A stretch of DNA of 63,995 nucleotides, counting the filler, from Acidimicrobiia bacterium (lineage in GTDB: Bacteria; Actinomycetota; Acidimicrobiia; Spongiisociales; JAENVV01): NCBI GenBank assembly GCA_041577335.1. It is 3 parts of 3 records of this genome, joined end to end, with 100 filler letters (N's around TTAATTAATTAA, not from the genome) between each part and the next. Parts side by side here need not be neighbours in the genome. Positions count along the whole stretch, not along the records: positions 1 to 24,618 come from JBFGJH010000049.1; 2 more parts are not named here. One strand, written 5' to 3'. Shown here one piece after another: positions 11,717 through 20,573 of the stretch. Position numbers and translations under genes: made by a program. How positions within the stretch are numbered: position 1 is the stretch's first letter; each line of letters starts with the position of its first letter. Under the pieces are notes generated by a model. That model had not been told where the DNA came from. It did not search any database and saw only the letters and a program-made list of their open reading frames with translations.

Positions 11717-12934
11717 TCACTCCAACGCGGTAGAGAACCACAGGTCGGCGACGTTGGTGCCGGATGGGCCGGTGATCACCAGCGAGTCGGAGCCGGACAG
11801 CGCCGTATATGAGTCGTCGTTGTCCAGAAGCTCTTGCGGGTCCAGCTGCGCTGATCGGATGAGTCCGGCCGTATGGCCGTCCACAATTGCGCCCGCCGCA
11901 TCGGTGGGGCCGTCGATGCCGTCGGTGGCAAACCCACCGAACACGCCGATCTGCCCGTCGAGGACTAGCGCGGCGGCGAGTGCGGCGGCTTGGTTGCGGC
12001 CACCTCTTCCGGAGCCGGTCACCTCCATGGTGGTCTCACCGGCAGCGATGGTCACCGCCTGGCTCCGTTCAGTGCAGAGGCGGCGCGCCTGTTCGATTGC
12101 GTTGCCTCTCAGCGGCGGTGCAATGCGACAGCGGTATCCCGAGGCCACCAGTGAATCGGCCGCTGCTGCGGCGGCCTGGCTGCCGTCGCCGATCACTTCC
12201 ACGATGTGGTTGGGCGCCGATGACGGTGCTGGAGGCGGGTTTTGCAGAGCGCGAATGACAGCCTCAGGAACAGTCGCCGCCAGCCCGTACGTGTTGAGGA
12301 CGGACAGCGCTTGAGCGGCAGTGGACGCGTCGACCATCGTTGGCCCGGAGGCAATGTCGGACGCAGGGCCACCGACGACGTCGGAGAGAGCAAGCGTGAC
12401 GGCCTGGCGAGGCGTGCCAGCGGTGAGGAGCCTGCCATTCTTGAGGGCAGATAGGTGGCGGCGAATTCGGTTGAGCTCATCGATCGGAACGCCCGCGTTC
12501 ATGGCGAGTCGCGTCGCAGCAGTCACCTCGTGGATGGTCATGTCTCCCAGTGGAACCTCGGCGAGCGAGGATCCGCCACCTGAGATCAGAGCCACAAGCG
12601 TCTCGTCCGCGGACACTCGTCTTGCGGCTGCCAGGACAGCGGCGCCGGCGGCGCGGGACGCTTCTCCCGGAAATGGGTGGTCGCCGACAAGCAGCCGGGA
12701 CCCTCGCGGCAGTGATTCTTCGTGATCGGACACCACAATCGCCCGGTCCAATCGATCGCCGAGTGCCTGTGCTGCGCCTCGCGTCATCGCGGGGGCAGCC
12801 TTGCCGATGGCGATGACGACGCTAGGCGTGGTAATCGAGAGCCGACGGAGTGCCGCGGCGGTAAGGATCTCCGGGTCGACCGCGGCTAGGCCGGCACGGT
12901 ATGCGTCCAAAATGGCAGTCTTTGTGGTCTTCAC
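11717..12934 (-). CDS. Glycerate 2-kinase (DUF4147/MOFRL family)
   Basis: GKAA, LISGGGS, LSDV, GGRNQ, TDGIDG, GTNVAD motifs. Confidence 0.88.
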   Translation of the reverse strand: MKTTKTAILDAYRAGLAAVDPEILTAAALRRLSITTPSVVIAIGKAAPAMTRGAAQALGDRLDRAIVVSDHEESLPRGSRLLVGDHPFPGEASRAAGAAVLAAARRVSADETLVALISGGGSSLAEVPLGDMTIHEVTAATRLAMNAGVPIDELNRIRRHLSALKNGRLLTAGTPRQAVTLALSDVVGGPASDIASGPTMVDASTAAQALSVLNTYGLAATVPEAVIRALQNPPPAPSSAPNHIVEVIGDGSQAAAAAADSLVASGYRCRIAPPLRGNAIEQARRLCTERSQAVTIAAGETTMEVTGSGRGGRNQAAALAAALVLDGQIGVFGGFATDGIDGPTDAAGAIVDGHTAGLIRSAQLDPQELLDNDDSYTALSGSDSLVITGPSGTNVADLWFSTALE

Positions 12935-13000
12935 GCGGCTTCTCGATGGGACGAGGTCAACCTACCGGGGGAATCGGCCAGTGAGCAGGTTAACCAAAGA

Positions 13001-13032
13001 GCCCGCCCCGGCGATGGACGACCGAGGCGGGC
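13001..13032 (-). terminator. Probable intrinsic terminator after the small ORF
   Basis: GCCCGCC...GGCGGGC stem followed by TCTTT on the minus strand. Confidence 0.5.
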
Positions 13033-13064
13033 CGAGTGGTGCCCCCCAGAGATGTGATGCGAAC

Positions 13065-13277
13065 CTAGGCGGCGGTTGTCTCTGAGCGTTCGATGAGGTC
13101 GGTCATGTTGACGCTGCGGAAGCTGATCGGCTTGGTGCTGAGATAGTCGACCGAGTCGAACGACACGAGTCGGCATACTTCGCATACGTGCCGGACCAAA
13201 CCGGTACCGGCTGCCGATGAGGTGAAATTGTGGGCGCCATCCCAGGCGCATTTGGTGAGTTTGTTCGAAAGCTGCAT
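13065..13277 (-). CDS. Small hypothetical protein with C-x5-H...CxxC motif
   Basis: 70-aa ORF with a purine-rich upstream region and its own downstream hairpin. Confidence 0.55.
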   Translation of the reverse strand: MQLSNKLTKCAWDGAHNFTSSAAGTGLVRHVCEVCRLVSFDSVDYLSTKPISFRSVNMTDLIERSETTAA

Positions 13278-13407
13278 CACGTACCTGCTTTTTGATTCCT
13301 CTTCTTGTATCGGAACGTGGTGGGGGGTGAGTCGAGGCACATACTGATTTGGCTCTGACTGACTAGTCCCTGCCGGTCTTCGAGGGCAGGAAGGCAGGTA
13401 CGCCGGG

Positions 13408-13815
13408 TCAAAGCGTGGGTAGCAGGGCGATGTCGCCTCCTCCGGTTGTCAGGATCACCGCCGCCATGGAGAAGATCATCAGGTCGTATTCCCAGCCACC
13501 GGATGCGGCCCAGTAAGGGCTTTTCCACCTGAAGATGTGGAAGCTCATCGATCCCAGCATGGTCAAGGCTATGACGAGAGCAGACAATTGGGTGAGGACT
13601 CCCAAGATGAGGCCAATCGCGCCGGCCGCTTCGGCGACCGTCAGGGCCCGTGCCACCGGGACGGGGAGGCCGTTGTGTTCGGCGAATGCGGCGATGTCCT
13701 TGAGCTTGTTGCGGACAGCTACGACAAAGACAAATCCGACGACGAGCCGCATCAGCAAGAGCGGGAGATCCGGATAGTCGAGTAGAGCACTGAATAGGTC
13801 GTTGAATGTGTCCAT
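13408..13815 (-). CDS. DoxX family membrane protein
   Basis: LLMRLVVG, ILGVLTQ, GGWEYDL; RBS GAGGAG. Confidence 0.88.
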   Translation of the reverse strand: MDTFNDLFSALLDYPDLPLLLMRLVVGFVFVVAVRNKLKDIAAFAEHNGLPVPVARALTVAEAAGAIGLILGVLTQLSALVIALTMLGSMSFHIFRWKSPYWAASGGWEYDLMIFSMAAVILTTGGGDIALLPTL

Positions 13816-13982
13816 GGGGACTCCTCGGTCGTTGTGACTCTGTCAACCACCCGATAGTTGCCCACGTCTCTGGTCTGTCGCCGGTCCGACGATTGCCGTC
13901 AGGGCGGGCGAGGTCGGATTGTCGAGACTTGTGACGGACCTTGCTTAGGATCACCGCAAGGATTCGAACTGGAAGGCTGATA

Positions 13983-14375
13983 GTGGCGACGTGGGACGAC
14001 CTCAGCGGCTACATCAAAGACAACTACGACATCGCCGGCGAGGAAGACGGGCCCCTCATACAGCTTGGCTTTCGGCTCTCCGAGGAGCGCACCCACATGG
14101 TTGTCGTTTCGTTGACGGACACCGGCGATGGCCATCCGTGGGCACAGATCGAATCTCCGATCGGGCCGATCGAGACCGTCGACTTGCGGCTGGCGGCGGA
14201 GTTGGTAGGTGATGCCTTGTGTGGGGGCCTCGTTGCCCATCACGACATGCTGCTGATTCGCCATGCTGTGCCGCTGCCCGAACTCGATGTGCATGACTTC
14301 GAAGCGCCGCTTCGGGTGGTCGTGTCGACCGCCGATGCGATGGAGCTTCGGTTCACCGGAAGCGACGACTACTAG
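13983..14375 (+). CDS. Hypothetical protein (YbjN/T3SS-chaperone-like fold)
   Basis: ATWDDL..YIK, WAQIESPIG, ADAME..FTGSDDY; RBS GGAAGG. Confidence 0.6.
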   Translation: MATWDDLSGYIKDNYDIAGEEDGPLIQLGFRLSEERTHMVVVSLTDTGDGHPWAQIESPIGPIETVDLRLAAELVGDALCGGLVAHHDMLLIRHAVPLPELDVHDFEAPLRVVVSTADAMELRFTGSDDY

Positions 14376-14385
14376 CCGGCCACTG

Positions 14386-14850
14386 TCAGCGAGCCGTCTC
14401 TGCTTGGGGATGAAGTGGTTGGGGCAGGTACGCCGCTCCAGGTCCCCGGAGGGCTGCCTCGTCCTGGGGATTGCTCAGTCCACATTGCTTGAGGCTCAGG
14501 CAGCCGCACCCGATGCATCGGTCGAGCGAATCCCGCAATACCTCGAGAGCGTCGATCTCGGCATCGAGCCGGCTCCGCCATGATCGCGAAATGCGTGACC
14601 AGTCGGTCTTGTTCGGCGTTCGCCCCGAAGGAAGGAGGCCCAGCGAGTGGCGTATCTCGTCGAGCGTGAGCCCCACCCTCCTTGCTGCCGCGATGAATGC
14701 CAGCCGGCGGAGCACATCACGCTGATAGCGCCGTTGTCCTCCGTCGCTCCGCGAAGCGGTGATCAGGCCTTCTCGTTCGTAGTAGCGCAATGCTGAGGCT
14801 GCGAAACCGCTGCGCTTGGCGACCTCGCTCACCGTGAGTTGATCTGTCAT
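14386..14850 (-). CDS. soxR: Redox-sensitive transcriptional activator SoxR
   Basis: MerR HTH plus the CIGCGCLSLKQC [2Fe-2S] motif. Confidence 0.95.
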   Translation of the reverse strand: MTDQLTVSEVAKRSGFAASALRYYEREGLITASRSDGGQRRYQRDVLRRLAFIAAARRVGLTLDEIRHSLGLLPSGRTPNKTDWSRISRSWRSRLDAEIDALEVLRDSLDRCIGCGCLSLKQCGLSNPQDEAALRGPGAAYLPQPLHPQAETAR

Positions 14851-14866
14851 CGTTCGGAATTATCGC

Positions 14867-14897
14867 TTGACTTGAAGTTAACTTCAAGTTGTACGGT
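14867..14897 (+). promoter_or_regulatory. SoxR-type promoter: TTGACT-19 bp-TACGGT with perfect 20-bp soxbox ACTTGAAGTTAACTTCAAGT (14870-14889)
   Basis: The palindrome and the 19-bp spacer typical of MerR-family promoters are directly visible. Confidence 0.9.
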
Positions 14898-14927
14898 GTA
14901 CGCATCGATCGATTCAAGGAGAAAGTC

Positions 14928-15614
14928 ATGCTGTCGGCAGTCGTAACGGGAGCGTCGAGAGGTTTGGGTGCCGCCCTTTCGGAGGCCCTGACAAACGAAG
15001 GATGGAAGGTCGTCGGGACAGCGCGCGGGCACGACCAGCTCGACGAGACGGCTCGCCGGCTGGGGAGCGCCTTCACGCCCGTGGTCGGAGATATCGTCGA
15101 TTCGAAGCACCGCCGAGCCATTGTTGAAGAGGTCCCTCGAGATGGCCTCGCCCTTCTCGTGAACAACGCCAGCACCCTGGGGGCGAGCCCGCTGCCCCCC
15201 CTGGCATCCATCGGATCAATCACGCTGCACCGCCTCTTTGACGTCAATGTCATCGCCCCGCTCCTTCTCGCCCAAGAACTCCTGCCGGCGCTGCAGAGAG
15301 CTCGCGGTGTGGTCGTGAATATCAGCTCGGATGCAGGCATCGAGGCGTACCCCGGCTGGGGTGGCTACGGGGCTTCGAAGGCAGCGCTCGATCATCTGAG
15401 CGCAGTGCTCGGTGTCGAGAACGATCGGATTTCTGTGTATGCGTTCGATCCCGGAGATATGCGGACAGACATGCACCAGGCCGCATTCCCCGGGGAGGAC
15501 ATCTCAGACCGGCCTCGGCCTGAGACCGTTGTCCCCGCCTTTTTGGAGCTTCTGGAAGCACGGCCGGCGAATGGGCGATTTCGGGCTCGCGACAGCCGCC
15601 TGGTGACGCTGTGA
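14928..15614 (+). CDS. SDR family oxidoreductase
   Basis: TGASRGLG, NNAS, YGASK, DPGDMRT; RBS AAGGAG. Confidence 0.9.
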   Translation: MLSAVVTGASRGLGAALSEALTNEGWKVVGTARGHDQLDETARRLGSAFTPVVGDIVDSKHRRAIVEEVPRDGLALLVNNASTLGASPLPPLASIGSITLHRLFDVNVIAPLLLAQELLPALQRARGVVVNISSDAGIEAYPGWGGYGASKAALDHLSAVLGVENDRISVYAFDPGDMRTDMHQAAFPGEDISDRPRPETVVPAFLELLEARPANGRFRARDSRLVTL

Positions 15615-16663
15615 CCGCAACCGTCGCACCCTTCACTTTCGAATTGCCGACATCGTTGGTGGCTGACCGGCCGCCCGAGGCACGCGGCATTGCGCGAGAC
15701 CACATTCGATTGTTGGTGGGAGGCGCTCAGGGGTTCGAGGAAACCCGTTTCGATCGCCTGGGAGCATCCTTGCGCCCCGGTGATCTGCTCGTCGTCAACG
15801 ACAGTGAGACTCGACCGGCGGCGCTGACCGCAACCCGGAGCGACCGGCGAGTTGCTGTTCACCTCTCGGCAATCCTCGACGACCACACATGGGTGATCGA
15901 AGTACGGCGATCGGATCAATCGGGGCCGGACACTCAGAGCCGTCCTGGTGACACGATCGACCTTGCTGGAGGTGGCCAGGCAGCGCTCATCGAGCCGGTC
16001 GGTCCTGCAACACGGCTGTGGAGGGCCACCCTCGAGCTCCCCTCGTCAATCGACCGCTACCTGGCAAGGAACGGCCAACCGATCCAATACCCCTACGTCG
16101 TCGAGCAGTGGCCGCTCAGCACCTACACCACGATGTTTGCCAAACCGGATCGTGCCCGCTTCGGGAGTGCAGAGATGCCGAGCGCGGGTAGGCCGTTCAC
16201 GAGGAGGCTCGTAGCCGACCTGCGGCACCGAGGAATTGATGTGGTGGCCATCACGCTGCACACCGGCGTGTCTTCGCTGGAGGCCCATGAGACTCCTCCC
16301 GCCGAGCGATTCCGCGTCGACAGAAGCGCCGCTGCGGCCGTCAACAAGACAAAGACTGCCGGCGGCCGGGTCATTGCGGTCGGAACCTCGGTGGTGCGCG
16401 CTCTGGAGAGCGTGGGCGCAACGAGCGACCACGTGGCGAGCGCTACTGGATGGACGGATCTCGTTCTTGGTCAGGAGCGTGCGGCGCGCATCGTCGATGG
16501 GCTCGTCACCGGGTGGCATCCGCCAGAGGCATCGCACCTCCGTCTGCTGGAGGCGGTCGCCGGAGGACCGCTCGTCGAAACCATGTATCGCGCTGCCCTT
16601 GATTCGGATTTCCTCTGGCACGAATTCGGCGACGCTGCGCTGGTGTTCGCCACGAACCGATAG
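15611..16663 (+). CDS. QueA-like protein (S-adenosylmethionine:tRNA ribosyltransferase-isomerase family), divergent actinobacterial type
   Basis: GDLLVVNDS, GSAEMPSAGRPF, TLHTG, IAVGTSVVRALE, TGWHPP, WHEFGD. Confidence 0.8.
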   Translation: MTATVAPFTFELPTSLVADRPPEARGIARDHIRLLVGGAQGFEETRFDRLGASLRPGDLLVVNDSETRPAALTATRSDRRVAVHLSAILDDHTWVIEVRRSDQSGPDTQSRPGDTIDLAGGGQAALIEPVGPATRLWRATLELPSSIDRYLARNGQPIQYPYVVEQWPLSTYTTMFAKPDRARFGSAEMPSAGRPFTRRLVADLRHRGIDVVAITLHTGVSSLEAHETPPAERFRVDRSAAAAVNKTKTAGGRVIAVGTSVVRALESVGATSDHVASATGWTDLVLGQERAARIVDGLVTGWHPPEASHLRLLEAVAGGPLVETMYRAALDSDFLWHEFGDAALVFATNR

Positions 16664-16692
16664 GCCCAATCGCGTCCTCGTGCAGTGGGTGT

Positions 16693-17760
16693 CTACAAAC
16701 CGTCAGCGACGGCGTTGTCGTCGATGCGAATGCTCTCAACCATGACGTCGCAATGGCCGCGGGTAAACACGTCTGCACCGCCGAGGACGTGGAGCCACTT
16801 TGCGAGCACTTCGGCTTCGGCATGCTCGGCCAGGGCGTCGAGGTAAGTATCGAACAACTCCCACTGGTTCAGGAACGACGGATCCGTCGGGTCGAGGAAG
16901 CCGATCTCGCCGAATATCGCGAAAAAGTCAACCGCCCCGAGGGCGTTGAAGGAGGCAGTTCGAACATCCGCCACGTACTCCTTGGCGAGTTCGACATCGT
17001 CGCGGGTGCCTATGCGCGTCAGGTGTCCGCCGACGAACGTCTCGAAGTTGAGGGCCAGAGCGGCGTCGTGAGCCGCGATGTAGCCGGGAACGTCTTTCGC
17101 GAGGGCGAGATTCTTGAAAGGGACCCAGCCCGGAAACACGACGTCGACCCACATCAGCGTCTTCTGCTCGGGCGCATAGACGAAGATGTTGCCAGGCTCG
17201 TGGTTCGGGCCCGGATAGGACAGTTCCAAAGTTTGTCCCGCCACGGTGAGGCGCATGCGATCCACGAATGTCCGCGTAGGCACAGGACGCCGTGCGTCGG
17301 CGCGGCGCCGCAAGGTGTCAGCAGTATCCCGATGTCCGATGAAGGTCGCCTCGGGAAAGAGAATCCCAGCGGCGCCGACGTGGTCGCCGTGCGTGTGGCT
17401 GTACACGAAATGCGTAACGGCCTTGTCGGTGACCTCGGCAATGGCAGCCGGGAGTGCGCCGGCCAAAGTCGGTGGAGCATCGACGACGACGACCCCGCGC
17501 CTCGTCTCCAAGAACAGCGCTTGGTAACTGCCCTCTGTGACGAAGTACAAACCCCCGCCGAGGTGTTCCAGCAAATAGCCCTTGTCGGGTATCGGTGGGC
17601 CAAAAGCGGTAGGCGGCAGCGGAACGAACTCATTGTGCTCAGTGGCCGCCGACTTGGCTCCAGCGGCAGGGCTGGCGGCAACCATCAATGCGGCCGTTGC
17701 AACCCCGCTCGTGGTGAGGAACTGACGTCGGTTCAGCCCGTGCGCGCGATCGTCTGGCAT
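16693..17760 (-). CDS. Tat-exported MBL-fold metallo-hydrolase
   Basis: NRRQFL Tat motif; HTHGDH; GGH. Confidence 0.85.
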   Translation of the reverse strand: MPDDRAHGLNRRQFLTTSGVATAALMVAASPAAGAKSAATEHNEFVPLPPTAFGPPIPDKGYLLEHLGGGLYFVTEGSYQALFLETRRGVVVVDAPPTLAGALPAAIAEVTDKAVTHFVYSHTHGDHVGAAGILFPEATFIGHRDTADTLRRRADARRPVPTRTFVDRMRLTVAGQTLELSYPGPNHEPGNIFVYAPEQKTLMWVDVVFPGWVPFKNLALAKDVPGYIAAHDAALALNFETFVGGHLTRIGTRDDVELAKEYVADVRTASFNALGAVDFFAIFGEIGFLDPTDPSFLNQWELFDTYLDALAEHAEAEVLAKWLHVLGGADVFTRGHCDVMVESIRIDDNAVADGL

Positions 17761-17939
17761 GTGACCTCCCTAGGTCTGGTCGGTCTTCCCTTGGTCGACC
17801 CTACGCGGTTTTCCGAGCGTTCGCGCACGATCACCCCTTGGCGGTGGCGAGCTCGATGTACGGCTGATAATTGTCAGGCACCTAAACAGGATCTTTGATA
17901 CATTGACCGCCCACCGACCTGGGAAAGGAGAAGTGCACC

Positions 17940-18020
17940 ATGAATGTGAATACTGCAATCACGAACGCATGCGCCGGCCATAGCCCGGACATGACGCTGA
18001 CATCGGTGCGCTCCCCGTGA
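17940..18020 (+). CDS. Putative 26-aa leader peptide MNVNTAITNACAGHSPDMTLTSVRSP
   Basis: Strong RBS AAAGGAG upstream; ends just before the terminator hairpin. Confidence 0.55.
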   Translation: MNVNTAITNACAGHSPDMTLTSVRSP

Positions 18021-18046
18021 TCTGATCCACGATCATGACCGCCTGG

Positions 18047-18078
18047 GAGCCGCCACCATTCGAAAGGCGGCTCTTTTT
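18047..18078 (+). terminator. Intrinsic terminator/attenuator hairpin
   Basis: GAGCCGCC-11 nt-GGCGGCTC followed by TTTTT. Confidence 0.8.
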
Positions 18079-18109
18079 GATGGCCGCCGAATCAGGAAAG
18101 GTCACGACG

Positions 18110-18283
18110 ATGGAATACGGATATTACAAAGAGTTCGGATTTCGCCAGGCCCGGGCGGCGGAGAAAGCAGAGCGCCAGCAGCGATTTGCTGAGGACCGGC
18201 GAGGGAAGAGGTACCGCGGAGAACGTCGCCGCCGCGCCCGACAATGGCGCCGGGGACGATGGCTCCGAGAACAGCTGGCGTGA
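18110..18283 (+). CDS. Small Arg-rich hypothetical protein (57 aa)
   Basis: RBS AGGAAAGG; sits between the attenuator and a 14-bp-stem hairpin. Confidence 0.55.
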   Translation: MEYGYYKEFGFRQARAAEKAERQQRFAEDRRGKRYRGERRRRARQWRRGRWLREQLA

Positions 18284-18299
18284 CGCCCACGTCCACGAC

Positions 18300-18331
18300 G
18301 AAAGGCCGGGAGCAATCGCTCCCGGCCTTTC
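18300..18331. terminator. Strong hairpin terminator
   Basis: GAAAGGCCGGGAGC-AATC-GCTCCCGGCCTTTC. Confidence 0.75.
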
Positions 18332-18486
18332 ACGTACCAGGTGTGCCGCGGCGACCTAGGATCGGCTCGGCGGCGTAGCATGGGACCAGTCGGTGGGCCT
18401 GGCTTGGTAGGCCGTTCGGCACGCCACATGGGCGTGCCCATAGTCGAGAATCGGCATGTTGCCCCGCCGGAAGCTTGGGAGGACCC

Positions 18487-19827
18487 ATGGAGGTAATCGG
18501 AGTACGTACCGCCAGCCTCGGGGATGCCACGTACCTCGTAACAGTCGGAGAGCATGCGATCATCGTCGATCCGCAGCGGGACATCGGCCGGTTCCAGGAG
18601 ATGCTCGAAGAGCGCGGCGTGACTCTGACCCACGTCCTCGAGACCCACATGCACAACGACTACATCTCGGGCGGTCGGGATCTGGCCAAGGCGACGGGTG
18701 CGGAGCTGATCCTTCCTGCTGGGAGCGGGGCGGGCTTTGCGTTTGTTCCCGCCTTTCATCGTGAGGTGATCGCAGGGCCTGGTCTCGTGACGATCGAGCC
18801 ACTGCACACCCCCGGCCACACACCGGCTCACACCAGCTATCTCATGAGCTCGGGCGACGAGGCGAAAGCACTGTTCAGCGGGGGCTCGCTGTTGGTAGGA
18901 GCAGCGGGCAGGTCTGACCTTCTGGGCGATGAGTTCGCTCACCAGCTGGCGGTGCTCCAATACGGCTCACTTCGACGCCTGGCGGCGCTTCCCGACGAGA
19001 CGGGCGTCTATCCCACGCACGGCGAAGGCTCGTTCTGTACAGCTTCGGGGGCTGGGCGTACCACCTCGACGATCGGAGTAGAAAAGGCCGAGAACCCTCT
19101 GCTGAGCATCTCCGACGTCGACGCCTTCGTGGAGAGTCAGCTCAGCGGCCTGGTCCCCTACCCCAGTTACTACCAGTACATGGGCGGCATCAACCGGCGC
19201 GGTCCAACCGCGCTGGCTGAGCCGAAGATCCTCGAGCTCGGTCCCGGCGAGGTTGCCGGCCACCTCGACGCCGGAGACAGCGTCCTCGACGGACGCGACC
19301 GCTACGCATTCGCCGCCGGGCATGTGCCGGGATCAGTTGGGATCGAGCTGGGAGATTCGTTTGCGCCGTGGGCGGGTTGGCTGCTCGACTTCCACTCGCC
19401 CGTGGTGCTCGTCCTGGGACCTGATGACGACGTATCGGCTGCGGCTGTCGAGCTCGGCCGGATTGGGCTCACGGTGGCCGGTGTGATGCGGGGTGTCGAA
19501 GCTTGGGCACGGCAAGACCGACCACTCGCGTCATATCGCACCGCTTCGAGTGCCGAACTGGCGGCGCAACTGGCGATGAACCCGGGAACCCAGGTGCTCG
19601 ACGTTCGGGATCCGCTGGAATGGAAGGCCGGTCACATCGAAGGGTCGGTGCACACGTACGTACCCGATCTTCTGACCGGTGCGCCTTCCAGCATCGTCGC
19701 GGAGCAGCCGGTATGGGTGATCTGTCGCACCGGAAACCGCGCATCGATCGCGGCCGGCCTACTCGAGGGCTCTGGCCTCGAGCCGGTGGTCGTTGCCAAG
19801 GGAGGCGTTCCCGATCTCGTTTCCTGA
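18487..19827 (+). CDS. MBL-fold hydrolase with tandem rhodanese domains (persulfide dioxygenase/CstB-like)
   Basis: ETHMHNDY, TPGHT, PTHGEGSFC, C-terminal rhodanese CRTGNR. Confidence 0.88.
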   Translation: MEVIGVRTASLGDATYLVTVGEHAIIVDPQRDIGRFQEMLEERGVTLTHVLETHMHNDYISGGRDLAKATGAELILPAGSGAGFAFVPAFHREVIAGPGLVTIEPLHTPGHTPAHTSYLMSSGDEAKALFSGGSLLVGAAGRSDLLGDEFAHQLAVLQYGSLRRLAALPDETGVYPTHGEGSFCTASGAGRTTSTIGVEKAENPLLSISDVDAFVESQLSGLVPYPSYYQYMGGINRRGPTALAEPKILELGPGEVAGHLDAGDSVLDGRDRYAFAAGHVPGSVGIELGDSFAPWAGWLLDFHSPVVLVLGPDDDVSAAAVELGRIGLTVAGVMRGVEAWARQDRPLASYRTASSAELAAQLAMNPGTQVLDVRDPLEWKAGHIEGSVHTYVPDLLTGAPSSIVAEQPVWVICRTGNRASIAAGLLEGSGLEPVVVAKGGVPDLVS

Positions 19828-19906
19828 GCGTGGACAGCGTCTGCGGTCAGGGGCAAACCCGGACCAGCGAGCGCGGAGCTCAATCCCAGCTCGTGACCGA
19901 TTGATC

Positions 19907-19947
19907 GGCGACCCCCGGAAACGGCTGAGACCTTTCCGGGGGTCGCC
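19907..19947. terminator. Bidirectional hairpin between convergent genes
   Basis: GGCGACCCCCGGAAA...TTTCCGGGGGTCGCC. Confidence 0.65.
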
Positions 19948-19993
19948 TCGTCAACGGCAGAGCAAGCATCTCCGCTCAAGCCCGAGCGGCGCC

Positions 19994-20569
19994 TCAGGAG
20001 ATCGCTCGCGGGCCTTCGGTGCCGGTCACGATCCACGACCCTGACCGGAGGTCGAGTCGATACGTCAACCAGGTGCCGCATGTTCCTCCGCACCACAGTG
20101 ACACTGGTACCAGCGCGGTGTCACCGTCGATGGAGGGTTCGCCGACCCCGATAATTGCTGCCCCTTCGATGGTCGGAGTCAGGTCGTCGGAGATGAAGTC
20201 ATCTCGGTCGTCGATCCATGTCACCGGGCCAAAGTTGCTGATCGCCTCCTCGATGGCGCCTCTCTCCGATCGAGTGAGCGGGCGCATTGGTTGGGTGGCG
20301 AAGCCGGTGCCGGCGGCCGGGTCGAGTGACGTGAGGATGAGGTAGTCGATGAACGGGGGAGGGCCTTCACCAAACGTGTGATCCTTGGCGACGAGTTGTC
20401 GTAGTGCTGCCGCCATCGTCTCGGCCGTGGCCGAGGCTCCGGCGGCCGTGCCATGGGCGGTCGTGGCGGCCCCGGTTGGGTTTGGTGGCGTTTCCTGGCC
20501 GGTGGAGCACGCACTCACCAGCAGAAGGAGAAGGGCGATTGCAGTTGCCCGGTTCACGGTCTGGTTCAT
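19994..20569 (-). CDS. Putative lipoprotein (CGxxCG motif)
   Basis: Lipobox LVSAC; WCGGTCGTW. A candidate ECF promoter GAAAC-N17-CGTC lies 8 nt upstream. Confidence 0.7.
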   Translation of the reverse strand: MNQTVNRATAIALLLLLVSACSTGQETPPNPTGAATTAHGTAAGASATAETMAAALRQLVAKDHTFGEGPPPFIDYLILTSLDPAAGTGFATQPMRPLTRSERGAIEEAISNFGPVTWIDDRDDFISDDLTPTIEGAAIIGVGEPSIDGDTALVPVSLWCGGTCGTWLTYRLDLRSGSWIVTGTEGPRAIS

Positions 20570-20573
20570 GGTC

